Positions 25,377-38,306 are shown, counted from the stretch's first letter. The stretch: 64,000 nucleotides of DNA from Mobula birostris (GCF_030028105.1 NC_092379.1:28575821-28639820), one strand, 5' to 3'. Notes: generated from the letters alone by a model not told the origin. Numbers and translations are program-made.

Positions 25377-25493
25377 ACTCACTCGCTTCAGCCCCAAAGG
25401 GATGGCAAATCACTTACAACAATTTATCCACATGACAGATAATGGAGAGTAAAATGTACCAGAAGTTGACTGAATGGTGCAATGCTCAACGTC

Positions 25494-25550
<57 letters not shown>

Positions 25551-25554
25551 CTTT

Positions 25555-26497
25555 AGAACATAGAACATAGAATAGTACAGCACAGTACAGGCCCTTCGGC
25601 CCACAATGTTGTGCCGGCCCTCAAACCCTGCCTCCCATATAAGCCCCCACCTTAGATTCCTCCATATACCTGTCTAGAAGTCTCTTAAACTTCACTAGTG
25701 TATCTGCCTCCACCACTGACTCAGGCGGTGCATTCCACGCACCAACCACTCTCTCAGTAAAAAACCTTCCTCTAATATCCCCCTTGAACTTCCCACCCAT
25801 TACCTTAAAGCCATGTCCTCTTGTATTGAGCAGTGGTACCCTGGGGAAGAGGCGCTGGCTATCCACTCTATCTATTCCTCTCATTATCTTGTACACCTCT
25901 ATCATGTCTCCTCTCATCCTCCTTCTCTCCAAAGAGTAAAGGCCTAGCACCCTTAATCTCTGATCATAATGCATACTTTCTAAACCAGGCAGCATCCTGG
26001 TAAATCTCCTCTGTACCCTTTCCAATGCTTCCACATCCTTCCTATAGTGAGGTGACCAGAACTGGACACAATACTCCAAGTGTGTCCTAACCAGAGTTTT
26101 ATAGAGCTGCATCATTACATCGCGACTCTTAAACTCTATCGCTCGACTTATGAAAGCTAACACCCCATAAGCTTTCTTAACTACCCTATCCACCTGTGAG
26201 GCAACTTTCAGGGATCTGTGGACATGTACCCCGAGATCCCTCTGCTCCTCCACACTACCAAGTATCCTGCCATTTACTTTGTCTGCCTTGGAGTTTGTCC
26301 TTCCAAAATGTGCCACCTCGCACTTCTCTGGGTTGAACTCCATTTGCCACTTCTCAGCCCACTTCTGCATCTCTCTGCAATTTCTGACAATCCTCTACAC
26401 CATCTAAAACACCACCAACCTTTGTGTCGTCTGCAAATTTGCCAACCCACCCTTCTACCCCGACATCCAGGTCGTTGATAAAAATCACAAAAAGTAG
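25555..26497 (-). mobile_element. Young 5'-truncated CR1 LINE 3' end
   Basis: The 249-aa ORF 25621-26370 (WAEKWQMEFNPEKC, YKTLVRTHLEYCVQFWSP, RRRMRGDMIEVYKI, FFTERVVGAWN) is followed by an (ATGTTCT)n tail at 25555-25570. Confidence 0.95.
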
Positions 26498-27002
26498 ATG
26501 TCTCTCTCCATCCATCTATTTGTCTGTCTTTCTCTCTATATCTCCGTATATCTTTCTCACTCTTTAGCTCTATTCCGACCTACTTCTTTCTCTCGTTCTC
26601 ACGCCGGGCATTCATTTCTATTTTTCTATTTATCTACATATTTGAACGCTCTAACAACTCACTCTCGATTTTTTGCCATTCTGCCCCTGCTCTATCCTTT
26701 TTCACACCATGTCACTCCATGCTAAACAGCGTATCCACAACGATTCCTACGAGTCATCCACAACGTTTGGACTTTCCGCTGCTGCTGTCATCTAACTTAT
26801 TATTAACCGTTTAAGTTATTGACGGAATACCATTGAATATTCCAGGACCGGATTAGATATTTCTTGTCAATAGCACGTGAGATATGTATTCCCATGAAGG
26901 TGCTAGGATTAGATGTTTAGCGGACATGAAGGCATCGGATACAGTAGGCAAACATTGCGGAAACTGAGGTCTCCAGGTCCTGTATTGCCGTGGGAAGTTG
27001 AG

Positions 27003-27337
27003 TGCTGAACTGCGCAAAGTTATTCAGTGGAGTCCGGCAGGATGCCCCCGAACTTATTTAAGAGGAACATCTTTGCCAGAGACCCGAAATATTACTGGAC
27101 TTGTCTTCGCGTAGAACAATACAGTGACAGGTCTGCTCTTCCACGTGCAATTAAGTCCCTCCTTTTGGGGTTCACAAAATCTGCTTAACTCCTCCCTTTA
27201 ACAGGCTCCGAATGTATGAGGGGCGCCAGAACGCACTGACCCTGCAGGACGCGCTCCGACCAATTAGACAGATTCACCAAGCAGAGTAGTCGATACAAAG
27301 ACCATCCAGGAGTGGCTGTAGCGGGAACATCGTACAT
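27003..27337 (-). pseudogene. TCR V pseudogene, family D, internal deletion
   Basis: Donor GTGAAT at 27277, exon from 27195 (ADFVNPKRRDL..), FR2 region deleted, 3' end LNKFGGILPDSTE*LCAVQ, decayed RSS. Confidence 0.75.
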
Positions 27338-28351
27338 TGAATAAAATAAACACAGAATGATTTGAAGATATTTCTCCGATAAAACAGAAGTTATTCAAGT
27401 AAAGACAAGCAGAGACCTTCTGGGCAACTCGGCGCATTCATTTCAAAGTATATGCAGATTTTTTTTGTTCTCTAAATACTGGGTTGATACCAACCAGAGG
27501 ACGGTCTGGCGTTAATTGACTCACCTCTCCCCCCCACCGCCCCCCCCTCCTTCGTCTCCGTCACTGTCTGATCTCTCTCTCTCTCTCTCTCTCTTTGTCT
27601 CAGTCCATTACTTTTGGCTCTGCAGCTCCGATTATCCTCCGAATCGTCTCCCTCCGTATCTCCCTCACTCACTCTCACTTTCAAGTGGATGTGAAGGAGC
27701 TTCTGTTTGCATTCTTTTACTCTTTCACTTTGTACTACCTCTATAAGCTGTTTAATTAATGCATCTGTTATATCCCAGTCAATGCAATCATCCGACAAGA
27801 ATAAACAAACATATCCAGCAAAATGCCCCACGTGGTGATAACATCAGATCTGTTAAATCATTTGGGAAGCCAGACGATACAAGCTATCACTCTCTCTCTC
27901 TCTCTCTCTGTCTCCCGCTCTCTTTTCTCCTGAAAATGGCTTCAGAATATAAGTATATGGGTAGTATGTGGTCAAGTTTATGTACTTTAATCATAAAGTT
28001 ATTTTGAACATTGTTCCTCTTATGCTATCACGCTAAACATTGGCAGGTTCTGTCGCATTATCTAAATACTCAGTATAAATCAATGTCGCTGTTGCAACAT
28101 CCTTAATATCGATAGCATGCCACTTGCAAATCGTTGTCAATCCGACAACTATTTTTCCTACCTGTGTTTCCCTTTGTCAGCAATTGTACAAGTTAAATAT
28201 ATCTCGTTTCCATTCTGATTGTTTCTCGCTGCAGACACTCGAACAAAGTGCCCATAGACAAGGTCAGGCCGTGTTGTCGATCGTGGTATGCAATTGCAGC
28301 AAAAGAGGTTGGGTGAAAAATCAATTAAAATGCAATTCATCCGTACAGTTG

Positions 28352-28691
28352 TCCTTCTGCAACTAGCTGTAAATCTCACTGGGCAACCTTGATGCCTTTC
28401 CAGAACAACAGCAAATAATTTAGAGAATGCCCATAATGTTGAATGTCCGAAAAGATATTTGCAACAGCTTCAATGTAATTACATTTCAGTGTTATGTTCT
28501 GTCCTTTCTCAGCCGTCACTTCTGGAGGATCCTACGTCACTGAATCTTTCCTGCGTGTTCCTGGAATAAAGGACACAGTAAGTAAACGTCGCTGTCTTGT
28601 ATTGACCGCAGGGGAAATTCGCTGTCCACCATCGCAGAGACTCACTGGGCGGCACAGCCAATGCAATGCGTAATGAACAGAGGGAAAGCAT
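28352..28691 (-). pseudogene. TCR V pseudogene, family A, 3'-deleted
   Basis: Leader 28691-28646 MLSLCSLRIALAVPP, 85-nt intron, exon from 28560 with SVT* and W41S. It ends near 28352, where a deletion joins it to the downstream flank (no YxC, no RSS). Confidence 0.88.
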
Positions 28692-28941
28692 GGTGTCTAA
28701 TTTCTGTCTGCATCGAACGGTAGATTCCTTCCAGGACGTAATTATCACTGTACAGATATTCTGATGTGAGGTAGTTTCAGTGATAGCTTTCACCTTGTTT
28801 AAGACCAGCGGCGTTTCCCTACTTTTTTGATTCGCTGACATAAAGAACCGAAATCTTTCAGAGCAACAATCAGACTCTACTTCATTTCTATTCGTCTTTC
28901 TATTCGTTTCTCCATTCTTTAAAGATCGGATGTGTCTCCCC

Positions 28942-29014
<73 letters not shown>

Positions 29015-30450
29015 GGTTTTGGTACTCTTTGGAAGATGTCTGTGAAGGGTGTGAATGAATTTCGTATTATGTATTGTGCACATTCTCTGATTTACAGGGA
29101 ACCCTTGAAGCATGCTGGATAGGTTTTTTGCTGTTCCCTGGTACATCAGAAAAAAAATTAATGAACTTTAACCAGCTTGGAGTAAGTGTGAGGGACTGCA
29201 AAGTGTAGGAATATATCAGGCTGCCCTGAAGCTCATAGAATACCGGTTGAGCGGAAAAAATGGAGGTGTTGGACTGCAGAGAACCTAGCATGCGGTGCGG
29301 TGATATTTGGTGCCACGTACCCAAGGATCCGGTTCGATTCCGACTTTCGATTCTATCAGCAGATACCCATGTGCTCAGTTTCCTTATTTCCCGCTTTATC
29401 ATGTTTTGAACGTCCCGTATAAGATACTCTGGGTAGCCCGTCTTCCTGATCGAAGGGTCACTAAGGTAGGTGTTAAGAGGAATTTGCGAAAATTCGATAG
29501 GTAAATCTGTTAACCATTAGAGCATAAGATAGAGGTTCAGAATTAGGCCATTTTTTTTCCAATCGAGTCTGCTCCGCCATTTCAGTTGAAACAGTGTGAT
29601 AATGGAATTTTGCGAAACGGTAAACATACCATTTAAGTAAGAGTTTCAGAAGGTCGAAATATAGCTTTGGAAACAGATGTAATCAGTTTCTGTTCCTTCT
29701 ACAGTAATCGGTCCTTCTCTTTGTTTCTGTCTTCCATCTGAAGGAAAACACGGAAGTCTAAAAGCACGTTCCAATGTGCACAAGTATACATTCTATACGG
29801 TTATAAGAATATTGAACCAGATGATATAATTGAATCTCAATCCATATCCACCTCGGTATGATTTTGTTCTTTATTTCCTGGCTGCGCTGCATTTTTATCC
29901 GTTTGCCACACGTTATTGGTGCATTGTTTTATTGTTTTACTTTGTACTACCGGAATAAACAGTGCAGTGAAATCATCTGTTATAACCGAATCGATGCAAT
30001 CATGCGACAGTAATAAATAAATTCCGTTTGCAATCTAGATATATATACCAAAATGTTCCATGTGATGATTACATGGGATTCGTTAAATCTGGTTTGGAAA
30101 CCAGATTATACAAGCTTTTCACTCTGTTGTGATCCCATTCCCTCTCTTCCTCTCTCGCTCTTTTATTCTGAAAATGTCTTCAAAATATGAAACTCGGGGT
30201 AGTATGCGCTCGCCTATATGTATTTTAAGCACAAAGTTACTTTCAGCACTGAACCCCTTTCAGACAGCACGGGAATACACCAACCAAAATAGTATTTGCA
30301 TCTCTGTCACTCTAAATATCGGCAGGTACTGTCGAATTATTTAAATACTCAGTAGCTGTTGTATCTTCATAATTTCAGTGGGTTGTAGATTTCTGGGTTT
30401 CAGTAGCATGTCACTTGCAATTCTATGCCATTCTCGAAAACACAAATGTT

Positions 30451-31935
30451 GTCACCCCAACATGAGAAAATCTGCAGATGCTAGTGTTAAATACTTCATG
30501 GAAATCTTGTGACTGTATTATGAGGATGATGTAATAGTGTTGCGGAGGTCACATACGTATTTTTCCCGCCGATGTGAGGTCATGTGATGACCTGTTCTCA
30601 CCAGGTATATAAGGGCAGACTCCCAGTGAGGCAGTTAGTTATTCAGTCAGATCGTCAGTCAGATACTCCACTATGCTGCGTATTCGTCCCATAACGCAGT
30701 TTAGTTTTCAAACAGAGTTTTACTTTCTACTGTAAGGTGCAGAAGTGTTGGGCCGGCAGTTTCACCAATAGTTGCAAGCTTTGTTGGTGTAGCTTTTCAT
30801 TAGTATTGGAGAGTGAAGACATTACTAAAGTACGGAACCTGAAGGACTCGAGTAAAGCTGATATCGTTGGCGGTTTTGGAGAGGATCGACCTTTATTGAA
30901 TCATCGTTCAAGTAAAAGTGACTGCAACTGAGATATCCCCTGCTAAAGTAGTAGGATAGTGCAGTGTCTAATCGCCAGAGGAAAAGGTCAGTTCCTTGAA
31001 ACCGTTTTATTTCCATCATCATGAATCCTGCGGTCAAGGCAGGTTCCAGCTGGGATCAGCAGTAACGACACGTCCACGAGGAAATCTTTACTGCAGGAAA
31101 TTCTCTGCTAATTGACTGTATAAATCTCTTGAACTTTCGAATTTGTTATTCTAAGAAGGGTGTTCGAATTTACCACTTTAAGAACTGATTTCCCATTTAC
31201 CCTTTTAAGAACTGTTCCAGAGTTCCCGTATAGCAGTTAACTTCCGGTTAAATTAGTCGTAGAAATACATGCCACTGTTTTTGAGCAAGATTTAATAAAT
31301 GTTTGTTTGTTTTTATAAAACCTGTCTCAATTCTATAGTCATTCTTGCCGGTCACGTGACACGGGAAATTCAAGCAATACACTCAAAATGCTGGTGGAAC
31401 GCAGCTATCCAGACAGCAACTGTAGGAAGAAGTACAGTCGACGTCTCGGGTCGTGGCTCTTCGTCAGGTCTGACGGAAAAAAGCGACAGTAAGTGATTTG
31501 AAAGTGGGAGGGGAAGGAGAGACCCGAAATGATAGGAGAAGACAGCAGGGGAGGGATGAAGCCAAGAGCTGGGAAGTTGATTGGCAAAAGGGATACAAGG
31601 CTGGAGAAGGGGGAGTATCCTGGGATGGAAGGCCTTGGAAGAAGGAAAGGAGTAGGGGAGCACCAAAGGAATATGCAGAACAGGCAAGGAGCTATTGTGA
31701 GATGGAAAGGGAGAGAAAAAAAGATAAATAAATAAGTAGAGATGGGGTAAGAAGGGGAGGAGGCGCACTAACAGAAGTTAGAGAAATCATTGTGCATACA
31801 ATCAGGTTGGAGGTTACCCAGACGGAATATAAGGTGTTGTTCCTCCAACCTGAGTGTGGTTTCATGTCGGCTGTACAAATGGATTGCCATATCGGAATGG
31901 GAATGGGACGTGGGCACTGGGAGATCCTGCTGCCC
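30451..31935 (-). mobile_element. Penelope-like 3' fragment (GIY-YIG tail plus pseudo-LTR) interrupted by a solo LTR
   Basis: 31440-31935 matches 55722-56150 (EEQHLIFRLG.LQP). The pseudo-LTR start at 30451-30484 continues at 31342. Confidence 0.8.
30485..31341 (+). mobile_element. Solo LTR related to the Gmr1-type element LTRs
   Basis: TGTTA...TGACA termini. Shares blocks with 59575-60464 (ggaggtcac, gatgtgaggtca.gtgatgac, gtgaatcctg, aacttccggttaaa). Putative degenerate 4-bp TSD CTAG/CGGG. Confidence 0.75.
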
Positions 31936-32309
31936 CTGGCGGGCACCCTCTGTTTACCTTTGGTCAGCTATTGACCACTTCAAATATATCCCGGTTCCAC
32001 TCCGTCCTTGCAAACAAACGAAGAAAGTGGCTGAAGACAATGTCAGTTAAGGCTGTCCATCGTTATATAACCTTACAGCAAAAGAAGATGGCCGAATGAA
32101 CATTACGTTATTCAGGAAAAGAATTGCAAACTTCCAGTTTGGTTGCGCCTTGTAATGAGAAACTGTTCCTTCAGCTTCGGTGCCTTGTGCTGCTGCTTAC
32201 AGCGCTCTTCAGCAGGGCACGTGACAAAGGATGATTTCCGGGTGCACCCCTTCCAGATCCTCCGCGAAAAGGCGCCCTCCTGTGAGAGTTTTGTGCATAA
32301 TACAGGACT

Positions 32310-32348
32310 AGTTTTTGTCCGGACCCGCCATCTGCATACAACAGTGTG
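32310..32348 (-). other. 23-RSS
   Basis: CACACTG (32348-32342), 23-bp spacer, ACAAAAACT (32318-32310). Confidence 0.94.
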
Positions 32349-32780
32349 GTGCTCATTGCACAGAGATACCTGCCAGAGTCCGACACAGGAGCTTCAATGA
32401 TATTCAATTGAGCCGTCTTGCTGGCTTTCTGCGAACTAGCGGTAAACCTCAACGGGCAATCTGGATGCCGATGCATTCTACCAGTGCTAGATACCTGCAG
32501 CAAATACTTTGGATGTCCTCCACTATGTTGAATGTACCAAAAGATATATGCATTATCGTAAGTGTAATTACAGTTCATTGTTATGTTCTGTCCTTCCTTG
32601 GCCGTTAGGTCGGGAGGATCCTGCGTCACTGAATCTTTCCCACTCGCTCCTGTAATAAAGGACAGAATACATCAACAAAGTCGGCTTGTATTGAACGCCG
32701 AGGAAATTCGCTGGCCACCTTCGCAGACACTCACCAGGCAGCACAGCCAGTGCAATCATTAATAAACAGAGGGGAATCAT
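32349..32780 (-). CDS. TRAV: TCR alpha/delta V gene segment, apparently functional (family A)
   Basis: Leader 32780-32735 MIPLCLLMIALAVLP, intron 32734-32650, open exon 32649-32349: GASGKDSVTQDPPDLTAKEGQNITMNCNYTYDNAYIFWYIQHSGGHPKYLLQVSSTGRMHRHPDCPLRFTASSQKASKTAQLNIIEAPVSDSGRYLCAMS. Followed by a 23-RSS. Confidence 0.93.
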
Positions 32781-32844
32781 GGTGTCTAATTTCTGGCTGA
32801 ATCGAACAGTTGGTTCCTTCCAGGACGTAACTATCACTCAATAG

Positions 32845-32990
32845 ATATTGTGGTGTGAGGTTTTTTCAGCGGTACCTTTCACTCTCTATAAGAGAGGGGG
32901 CGTTTTCCTGGTTAAAGGATTGGCTGACACAATGAACCGCGACTTTCTGAGCACCAATCAGAATCTGTTTTCTTTCCATACGTCATTCTC
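32845..32990 (-). promoter_or_regulatory. Putative V-gene promoter (RUNX, CCAAT and CRE-like motifs)
   Basis: TGTGGT at 32849-32854, ATTGG at 32919-32923, CCAAT at 32954-32958 and TACGTCA at 32979-32985. Similar spacing upstream of other family A copies (~9280-9400, 38790-38910, 43075-43190). Confidence 0.55.
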
Positions 32991-33016
32991 GGCTCTTTCA
33001 AAGTCCCACATTCTTC

Positions 33017-33090
<74 letters not shown>

Positions 33091-34819
33091 AGTGTGCCCT
33101 ACTGCATACCAACAACATATTCAAAAACTTACCAATGTGTAATCATGCCCAGTTAAGAGTTTTTCACATGGTTGCTTCTTCGAGTTGGACAGTATCCCAC
33201 TGGAAGTAGTTCATATATCTATTTGTTTGTTTAGTTAGTTATTTGGTGATATATCCCACAATAGTCCCTTAGGTCAACATTTTTCTATCTTCCAGGATTT
33301 AAGTAGTTATTCAATGTCAGCAAGTGTTCATCTAGCTATTCCCTAATCTTTCTTTGCTGTTGGGGAGCCAATCTGCTATCCACGCAAATAGACTCCAGAA
33401 AGCACATTCTGTGTAGCAAACACTCCCTTCGTTGAAAAAAAAAATGCTCACAACGGCACGCCCCTCGTAATTACTTCCAATCGCATGAAAATGTCGTAAT
33501 TTCGCATAAGCCATTTCCACTCTTCGGTCAAAGGGCTGATTGTCCTCTCTATCTATGCCTCTTGACAGTTATTAAGTTGTTAAGTTACCCCTCATCTCCT
33601 TTCGTTCCAAAAAGAAAGTTCATTTCTCGCAGAAACTGAAATGACCTGTGGAATATACAGGCACTTGTGTATATTAACTGAAGTTGAGCATTACGATTCG
33701 TCTTCCTTTAAACGTCGATGCAGAGAACTAGACCTATCCCACACGCTGCCACAGAAGAAACACAACATGACTGAAAATCCAGTGCTCGTATTGCACGTGC
33801 GAGACACCCACTGTCTACCTGTGAAAAAAAATCGCCAGGCGGCAGAGACAATATAATCAGTGAGGATCAGGACGTACATGAAGCCTGCTTTCACGCGCTG
33901 TCTTAAGCCAGATATCAAGAAGTTAACACCACAGATTTGAGGGAATCTTGTCTGATACGCTACGCTCTTCACATCGTGCAAAACCTGCGTAATTTACTCT
34001 GCTATTCGGTGTTTAACCGTGGAGCTCAGAGCTGAGCCTATTTAACCACCGACGTTAATGGAACTAATACACTCTCTGTTTATTTATCATTCACTCTACC
34101 TATATTCTATTTGCCAATCTCACCCTTCCCTTCTTCGTTCTATTTGAATTAACACTTCACTTCTTGCAATGCATCTCCTTCTTTGTTGCCCATTTTTTTA
34201 CTGTCCTTTCTTTCCGACGCTCAATGGCTTTTCGTTTGCATCTGTATTCCAATCTGCAATTTCACTGAATCATCAATGTAGCTTTAAACTCATTGTGGGA
34301 ACATCCTTTAATCCAACGCCTGTCCACTCGGTGTTAATTTTCCAACCATAAAATAAACATCTATTTATCTGCCATTGTCGTAAGATAATGTCAAGAAACC
34401 CCAAATGAAATTTATCTTCATCAGAAGCATTTAGTGTGACAGCATGTCCAATGCTGCCTAGTCATATACAACCTCAGTATCACTAGGTTGCACTCATGTT
34501 CACTGTTAATCCCTCAAGTGAAGTCCAGCAAAAAATTAACCACACGATATTCTTGCAGGCAACAGAGAGACATGGACACCACCATATAGTGGAAATGCAT
34601 ATAGTGGAATTGCTTTGCAAAGCCGCTACAATATCCCTAGAAAAAGCTATATTCAAGAAGTGTTCCACAAGTTTGGTCGTAATTTGCTGCTGAGTGCAGC
34701 ATTTCAAATCGACCATGTGATCCTCATGCTTTCTGCGTACAGCTGTTCCAATTCCCCAGCAAAAGGCGCCCTCTAGTGATCACGTAACACTGGATTTTGT
34801 CCAGACCCGCAACACTGCG

Positions 34820-35076
34820 CGGTCCATTATACAGAGGTACTGTATACACCAGAGTCAGGGGCAAGAATAATTCTTGAAGAATTCCAGAGATACTTGAATG
34901 AGCTGACTCTGCGTCTGTTAGCCTGATCACAGAATTGTACTTTCTCGCTCTTGCAATAATGGACAAAATGCAGTGATTTCCCTGACTTGCACTAAGCTGC
35001 GCTCTCGCTGATCACGTGTGCAGCGTCTTAGTTGTCAAGATGGCGAATGAAATTGATAAGAAACTGAGGGACACAT
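34820..35076 (-). pseudogene. TCR V pseudogene, family B, large internal deletion
   Basis: Frameshifted leader 35076-35032, donor changed to CT, acceptor changed to AA. Roughly 170 nt of the V exon are missing. The RSS has a 12-bp spacer. Confidence 0.85.
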
Positions 35077-35827
35077 GCTGACTCGCTTCAGCCCTGATAG
35101 GATCGCAAATCACTTACAAGAATTTATCAACATGACAGATAATGGAGAGGAAAACGTATCAGAAGAAGACTGAATGGTGGAATGCTCAACGGTTGCTAGA
35201 TAAAATCAGAACAAAGGCACTAAGCAGAATCCAGTTGTGTTGAAAGCCTTTTCTTTTCCTTTTCCCACAATATAAATCTCTCTTTCTCTCTCTCTCTCTC
35301 TCCCTCCCGCTGTTTCTTTCACTTTCTTACCCCTCTCCCCACTCTACCTCTCTCAATCTATCTGTATCTCTTCATCACCGTCTCATTCTTTTGCTCTATC
35401 CATACCTACTTCTCTCTCTCGTTCTCACTCTGCGTATGATTTCTATTGTTCTATTTATCTACATTTTTGAACGCTCTAGCAACTCACTCCCGCTTTCCTT
35501 GTCATTCTGCCCCTGCTCTATCTCTTTTCACACCATGTCACTCCATGCTAAGCAGCGTATCCGCGACGATTCCTACAAGTCAACCACAGAATTATGACTT
35601 CCCGCTGTTTCTGTTATCTAACTTGTATTAGCCTTTTATGTTATTGACGAAATACCTTTCAATCTTCCAGAACTCCGTTGGATAATTCATGTCAATAGCA
35701 CATGAAATATTTATTCCCATGGACGAACTGGAATCAGATGTTTAGTGGACATGGAAGGCACGGTTAGAGCAGGCAAACATTGCGAAAACTGAGGTGTCCA
35801 GATCCTGTATCGCTGTGGAACGTTGAG

Positions 35828-36163
35828 TCTTGAACTGCGCAAAGCTATTCAGTGGAGTCCGGCACGATGCCCCCGAACTTATTTAGGCGGAACATCTTTG
35901 ACCAGAGACCCAAAATATTACCAGACTCACTTCGCATAGAACAATACAGTGACACAGTCTGCTCTTCCACGTGTAATTAAATCCCTCCTTTTGGGATTCA
36001 CAAAATCTGCCCTACTCCTCCCTTTAACAGGCTCCGAATGTATGAGGGGCGCCGGAACACACTGACCCTGCAGGACGCGCTCCGACCGATTAGACGGATT
36101 CACTAAGCAGAGTAGTCGATACAAAGACCTTCCAAGGGCAGTACTATCGGGAACATCGTACAT
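35828..36163 (-). pseudogene. TCR V pseudogene, family D, internal deletion
   Basis: Near-copy of 27003-27337 with the same deletion; ends PDSTE*LCAVQ. Confidence 0.75.
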
Positions 36164-38306
36164 TGAATAAAGTTTGAAGATATTTCTCCGATAAAAGAGA
36201 AGTTATTCAAGCAAACACAAGCAGAGACTTTCCAGGAAACCGGTGCTCTATTTCAAAGTATATGCTGTTTTTATTTCTAAATCAGGGTTTATACCAACCA
36301 CAGGATTGTCTGGCGTTAATTGGTTCCCTCTCCGACCCCCACCGTCTCTCTCTTACCGCCTCCCCCGCCACCGTCTATCTCTTCCACTCCTCCCCCTCTC
36401 TCTCCCTCTCTCTGCTCTCTCTCTCTCTCTCTCTCTCAAGCTGCTTTGGGTTTTTGTAATGTTTGGAGGATGTTTGTGGAGGCTATGAATTTCGTGTTCT
36501 ATATTGTGCACATTCTCTGATTTTAAAGGGAACCATTGAAGCTTGCTGGAAAGGTTTTTCGCTCTACCCTGGTACGTTAGAAAAAGAAACAAAAATATAA
36601 TGAACGTTAACCAGTTTGGGGTAAGTGTGAGGGTCTGCAAAGTGAAGGAATATATCAGGATGTCCTACACCTCATAGAATATCGGTTGAGCGGTAAAATG
36701 GAGGTGATGGAATGCACAATACCTAGCTTGCAGTGCGGTGATATCTGGTACATTGTCACCAGGGATCCGGTTCGATTCCGACATTCAATTAGATCAGCAG
36801 ATACCTATGTGCTCAGTTTCCACGTTTCCTGCGTTATCATGTTTTCAACGTCCCGTGAAAGATACTCTGGGTAACATTCCTCCTGATCGAAGTATCACTG
36901 AGGCATGTGTTAAGAGGAATTTGCGAGAATTCGACAGGTAAATCTGTTAACCATTAGACCATAAGATATAGGAACAGAATTCGGCCATCTGTCCAATCGA
37001 CTCTGCTCCACCATTTCAGATGAGACAGTGTGGTAATGGGATTTTACGGAACGGTAAACAAACCATTAAAATGAGAGTTCCAGAAATTCGAAATATAGCT
37101 TTCGAAACAAGTGCAATCAATTTCTGTTCCTTCAACGGTAATCAGTTGTTCTCTCTATTTGTCTCTTCCATCGGAGGAAGAACACAAAAGTCAAAAAACA
37201 CGTTCCAGTGTGCAGAAGTATACATTCTACCCGATTATAGGAGTACTGAACTGTAGGAAGAAATTGAATCTCAATCCCAATCCACCTGGGTCTGATCGTG
37301 TTTTTTATTTGCTGGCTGCGCAGCATTTTCATACGTCCGTTAAACTTTATTTTTTACATTGTTTTATTGTTTTACTTTGTACTACCGCGATAACCAGTGC
37401 AGTAAATTCATCCGTAATAACCGAATCGATACATTCATGCGACAATAATATACAAATTCCGTTCGCAATCTAGACATATATACCAAAATACTCCACGTGG
37501 TGATTACATCGGATCCGTTAAATCTGGCTGGGAAACCTGATTATACAATTTATCACTCTGTTGTGATCCCATTCCCTCTATTCCTCTCTCCCTCTTTTAT
37601 ACTGAATATGCTTTCAAAATATGAATCTTGTGGTAATATGCGGTCGCCTCTATGTATTTTAACCATAAAGTTAATTTCAGTCCTGAACCTCTTTCACACA
37701 GCACGGGAATACACCGACGAACATAATATCTGCATCCACTATCACGTTAAACATCCACAGGTTCTGTCGGATTATCTAAATACTCAGTATAAATTATGAG
37801 TAGCTGTTGTATCTTCCTAATTGCAGTGGGTTGTTAATTTCAGGGTTTTGTTAGCATGCGACTTTCAATTCTTTGTCATTCTGAATAGCACCAATTTTGC
37901 CACCCTCTGTTTTCCATTGACCACTTTAAATATATCCCGGTTCCACTCCTTCCATATTATTTTTCCTTGCAAACATTCGAGCATAGTGGCCAAAGACAAT
38001 GTCAGTCAAGGTTGTCCATCGTTATATACCCTTAAAGCAAAAGAAGATGGGTGAATGCCCATTGTGTTATTCAGGAAATGAATTGCAAACTTCCAGTTTG
38101 GTTGCGCCTTGTAATGAGAAAGTGCTCCTTTAGCTTCGGCAAAGTGTGCAACTATTTACAGCGCTCTTAAGCAGGACACGTGACCAAGGACGATTTCTTC
38201 GTGCACCGTTCCAGATTCGCCATGAAAATGCGCCCACTTGTGAGAACTTTCTGCATAATACAGGACTAGCATTCGTCCGGACCTGACGTCTCCATACAAC
38301 AGTGTA

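Noticed and set aside
32349-32351. Overlapping CAC (CACCACACTG) at V 3' ends as a cryptic heptamer for V replacement
   Set aside because: It is only 3 nt from the true heptamer and would have an off-length spacer. There is no support beyond the motif itself.
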